Shown: positions 57,190 to 60,187 of the stretch, piece by piece | Numbering within the stretch: position 1 is the stretch's first letter | Layout of the letters: the number at the start of each line of letters is the position of its first letter | Assembly (NCBI GenBank): GCA_964554565.1 | Contig: CAZKPC010000005.1 | Span: 6,829-67,015, forward strand | DNA from: an uncultured Halobacteriales archaeon | Lineage (GTDB): Archaea; Halobacteriota; Halobacteria; Halobacteriales; Hikarchaeaceae | Reading direction: 5' to 3' | Length of the DNA: 60,187 nucleotides | Notes under the pieces: model-generated | Databases searched by the model: none | Told to the model about the DNA's origin: nothing | The model's input: only the letters and a program-made list of their open reading frames with translations | Translations under genes and position numbers: made by a program

Positions 57190-58194
57190 TCAGAAGAACG
57201 AGCGAGCGTCGGCCGCGACGGTCTCGGGCGCCTCGTCGACGACTCCTTCGTCATGCAGCACCGTGAAGAACGGGGAATCGCTCCAGTAGTATTCGTCGAA
57301 GACGGAGCGCGCTACGAGTTCGACGACCGGCCGCATCCCGGCCTCGTCGGCGCTGAGATGCCAAGCGAGGTTGAAGGCGTTGAGCCCCGCGTCGCCGTAA
57401 TACTCGAGGACGTTCACGATCCCCGCGGCGAGGTCCGACACGATGTCCGCATCCGGCGCTGGGACCCCGTCCGGACCACCGACGCCGATGACCTGGCGGT
57501 GGTGATGCGGGGCGAAGGCCGCCAGCCAGTCGACGGTCCCTGTCGAGCCGATCCAGCGGTCGCCGTCCCGTTCGGCCTCGACCAATGCCTCCCAGTACGC
57601 CACGTCGTGTTCCTCGGCGTACGCGCGGGCGGCGCTGGTCAGCTCGCGCTGGCGGTTGGTCCCCCGGCCGTCGACCAGTGTCTGCAGATGGGGGTGAACG
57701 ATGGAACTGCCCGCCGAGCGCAGGAAGTTCATGTTGACCGAGGCGAAAGCCGCCTCGGTGTCGTGCTCGAACACGCGGTCGATGTATTCGAGCGCGGCGG
57801 CCAGGCCATTGCGGAAGTCGGCGCGTTCGAACGCGTCGATCGGCTTGTAGTGGGCGTCCGTGAGGGCGACGACGTTCGAATGGGTCCCGTAGGGATTGAG
57901 GTTCGGGAACGACGTGGCTTCGCCGACCGAGCCCCGGTCCATCCCGACCCAATCCGGGTATTCCGGCGTGACGTCCTCGACGGTGCCGGGACAGAAGAAA
58001 CAGTCCTCGTCGTCCGCCACCACGGACTCGATGTCCGGATCCTCCGCCTTGAGGAACGACTCGGGCACGATTCTGGCCTGCCGCTCCGTCAGTGGGTCCT
58101 CCCGGACCTCGACCTCGATCTCGACCGCTTGGAAGTCCTCGAGCGGGCTGTGGAACGAGGCGGTCTGTACCGAGCGATCGAAGCTGATCGACAT
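57190..58194 (-). CDS. GalT-like (HIT superfamily) nucleotidyltransferase
   Basis: REDPLT, CFFCPG, FPNLNPY, NFLRSAGSSIVHPHLQ (HxHxQ motif); ATG 58194. Confidence 0.82.
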   Translation of the reverse strand: MSISFDRSVQTASFHSPLEDFQAVEIEVEVREDPLTERQARIVPESFLKAEDPDIESVVADDEDCFFCPGTVEDVTPEYPDWVGMDRGSVGEATSFPNLNPYGTHSNVVALTDAHYKPIDAFERADFRNGLAAALEYIDRVFEHDTEAAFASVNMNFLRSAGSSIVHPHLQTLVDGRGTNRQRELTSAARAYAEEHDVAYWEALVEAERDGDRWIGSTGTVDWLAAFAPHHHRQVIGVGGPDGVPAPDADIVSDLAAGIVNVLEYYGDAGLNAFNLAWHLSADEAGMRPVVELVARSVFDEYYWSDSPFFTVLHDEGVVDEAPETVAADARSFF

Positions 58195-58278
58195 GGCGGC
58201 GGATTCGCCCGAGGCGGCCAAAAAGCTGTCCGCGGCCGCCGGGGAACCGCTTATCCTTGACGGCGTCGAGCGGCCGCC

Positions 58279-58698
58279 ATGGCCTGTATCTTCTGCCGGA
58301 TCGCCGCCGAGGAGGCCCCGAGCCGGACCGTGCACCGAGCCGATGACGTCGTCGCGTTCCTGGATGCCAACCCGCTGGCGCCCGGCCATACGCTGGTGAT
58401 CCCGACGGCCCATCACGAGCGGCTGGCGGACCTCCCCGCAGCACTCGCCCGGGACCTGTTCGGCACCGTCCACGCGCTCTTAGATCCCGTCGAGACGGCC
58501 GTCGATGCCGATGCCGTGACCGTCGCGGTCAACGACGGCTCGGCGGCCGGCCAGGAAGTGCCCCACGTGCACTGCCACCTGGTTCCGCGGTTCCACGACG
58601 ACGGAGGGGGGCCGATCCACGCGGCCATGGGCGGCCGGCCCTCGCTGGACGAGGCGGAGCTCGACGCCATTGCCGAGCGGATCCAGTCAGGAGTTTGA
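58279..58698 (+). CDS. HIT-family (HINT-like) hydrolase
   Basis: CIFCRI, FLDANPLAPGHTLVIP, AGQEVPHVHCHLVPR. Confidence 0.95.
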   Translation: MACIFCRIAAEEAPSRTVHRADDVVAFLDANPLAPGHTLVIPTAHHERLADLPAALARDLFGTVHALLDPVETAVDADAVTVAVNDGSAAGQEVPHVHCHLVPRFHDDGGGPIHAAMGGRPSLDEAELDAIAERIQSGV

Positions 58699-58705
58699 TC
58701 GGCGC

Positions 58706-59959
58706 TCAGTCTCCGGGCGTGACCACCCTGGCGGCCGCCGGCTTGCTTTCCACGAGCGCGAGGGCGGCTAGCAGCGCCGCCGCGAAGGCGAGGAGGCTCC
58801 CGCCAGCGAAGGCCGCTTCGTAGGAGGTCAGTGTCGCGGCCGTGCCCAGGAGCACGGGTCCGGCCACGCCGCCCACGGCTTTCGCCGTCGAGCGAAGGCC
58901 CATGAGCTCCGACTCGCGATCGGGCGGGGCGACGTCCCCGATGAACGAGACCGCGCCGGTAGCCATCGCCGAGAAGGAAGTCCCGAGAACCAGGAAGGCG
59001 GCCCCGGCGACGATAACGCGGGTGATCCCGGGCGCCGGGGTCGTGGCCAGGGCGGCGAGCAGCGCGAACACCCCGCTGCCCGCCATCCCGGCCACGATAA
59101 GCGGCTTCCGGCCCGCCCGGTCGGCCACGACCCCGAGGAGCAGCATCGCCACCACCTGGGTCCCGTGGTTCATGGCGAGCACGACGCCCATGACCGGTTC
59201 CGAGACCCCGACGACATGGACGAGGTAGGGCGGGGCGAGGGCGGTCGTCCCGAGGACCGTCATGTTCCGGATCGCGAGCGCCACGTAGAGCCAGACCAGG
59301 CCGTTGGTCACGAGGTGGCCCCGCTCGCCGGCGGCCGGCAGGAGCCGCTGTTTGACTTCCGCGAGCAGTTCGGCCGTGGTGGGCGCCCGGTCCGGCGCCG
59401 GGGTCGGATCAGTGATGGCGACGACGGCCAGCGTCGAAGCGAGGCTCAGGCCGGCGATCACCAGATAGAGCTGATCGGGGACCAGGAGCCCGAGCAGGAC
59501 GCCAGCGGTCAACTGGCCGCCGGCGAAACCCAGCGCCCGGGTGCTGTTGAAGAAGCCGACGGACTGTCCCCGAGCGGCCGCGCCGCCGCGTGTGCTCACG
59601 ATCGAGAGGATGACGGGCCCGAAGCCGGCCGCGAACACGGCGTAGAGCCCGCGGAGCCCGATCGGACCCCAGACGCCATCGAGGACGAGCAGGGGCAGGA
59701 CCGCGAGGGTCGCGGCGAGGCCGGTGAGGCCGAGCACCGCCCGGCGGCGGCCGGTGACGTCGGCGATGGCCCCCCAGATCGGCGACAGAACCATCAGCCC
59801 GATCCAGTAGGCCGTCGCGACCATACTGACCGCGAACGGCGACCCGGTCTCGCCGATGTAGACCGCGAGCGCCGTGCCCATCAGCGTCCCGCTGGCGAAC
59901 CGGGTGGCTGCGGAGACGCCGATCAGTGACCACTCCCGGCGGGGCCGATCCTCGGTCAC
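58706..59959 (-). CDS. MFS transporter
   Basis: 12-TM pattern; GAIADVTGRR and GVVADRAGRK motif-A repeats; start (GTG 59959 or 59968) uncertain. Confidence 0.9.
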   Translation of the reverse strand: MTEDRPRREWSLIGVSAATRFASGTLMGTALAVYIGETGSPFAVSMVATAYWIGLMVLSPIWGAIADVTGRRRAVLGLTGLAATLAVLPLLVLDGVWGPIGLRGLYAVFAAGFGPVILSIVSTRGGAAARGQSVGFFNSTRALGFAGGQLTAGVLLGLLVPDQLYLVIAGLSLASTLAVVAITDPTPAPDRAPTTAELLAEVKQRLLPAAGERGHLVTNGLVWLYVALAIRNMTVLGTTALAPPYLVHVVGVSEPVMGVVLAMNHGTQVVAMLLLGVVADRAGRKPLIVAGMAGSGVFALLAALATTPAPGITRVIVAGAAFLVLGTSFSAMATGAVSFIGDVAPPDRESELMGLRSTAKAVGGVAGPVLLGTAATLTSYEAAFAGGSLLAFAAALLAALALVESKPAAARVVTPGD

Positions 59960-60145
59960 TGTCGGCACCTCGTGAGGCCTCGTCTTGAGGGACGCGGTTC
60001 CGGACGTCGAAGGGCCGCGATCGATACCCTCTCCCTCTCCGCCAGCTTGTTCGATCAACCATCTCCGGGTCAGAACAGCTGGAACCGGTGTGACGGCTCG
60101 CGACCGGAGCGTTGTCCAACGGTGGACGAATCGTCGATCGAACCG

Positions 60146-60187
60146 CTAGAACGTGCCGTATCGCTCGTAGGCTTCGAGGGGATCGAC
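60146..60187 (-). CDS. C-terminal end of a gene entering from beyond the window
   Basis: ...VDPLEAYERYGTF* with host-like codons; too short to identify. Confidence 0.4.
   Translation of the reverse strand, partial: VDPLEAYERYGTF

Noticed and set aside
366-59929. Many long antisense or alternate-frame ORFs (e.g. 366..2366-, 2919..4346+, 24752..26302+, 53277..54953-, 54488..56215+)
   Set aside because: They shadow well-supported genes, are Arg/Pro/Gly-rich or mirror-codon products of high GC, and lack recognisable motifs.
1-60187. tRNA, rRNA, CRISPR array, transposase/integrase or defence-system genes
   Set aside because: No cloverleaf, rRNA-like tract, regularly spaced repeat array or corresponding protein motif was seen by eye; a covariance-model scan would be needed to exclude small RNAs.

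Overview
GC-rich haloarchaeal (Halobacteria-like) chromosomal segment, judged from acidic proteins, archaeal DNA polymerase D, the halobacterial Fer ferredoxin, Tat lipoproteins and TATA boxes about 25 nt before leaderless starts. It is mostly housekeeping: the 3' end of polC/DP2 with a 179-aa mini-intein, thiI, a RecJ-like DHH protein, hemB-hemC-hemD, two PiT transporters, a membrane Fe-S oxidoreductase, osmC, sua5, upp, hisB/hisA/hisI, fer, pibD, glmM, prs and ileS. No rRNA, tRNA, CRISPR array or transposase was recognised. The most interesting signals lie outside the long ORFs. (1) A TATA-driven 25-codon leader peptide ending Ile-Ala-Ile-Ile-Gly-Ala-Pro, with a hairpin over its stop codon, sits upstream of isoleucyl-tRNA synthetase and is a candidate archaeal attenuation-like element. 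(2) A ~2.5-kb low-GC gene-poor island carries a recurring TATAT-N4-ATATA motif and is followed by three tandem zinc-finger micro-proteins. (3) An 11-6-11 dif-like site lies at 6270-6297. (4) A Thr-nucleophile 'sulfatase' is paired with a flippase-like membrane protein. (5) A NUDIX gene carries two frameshifts. All family names are from recognition of motifs by eye; no database search was run.
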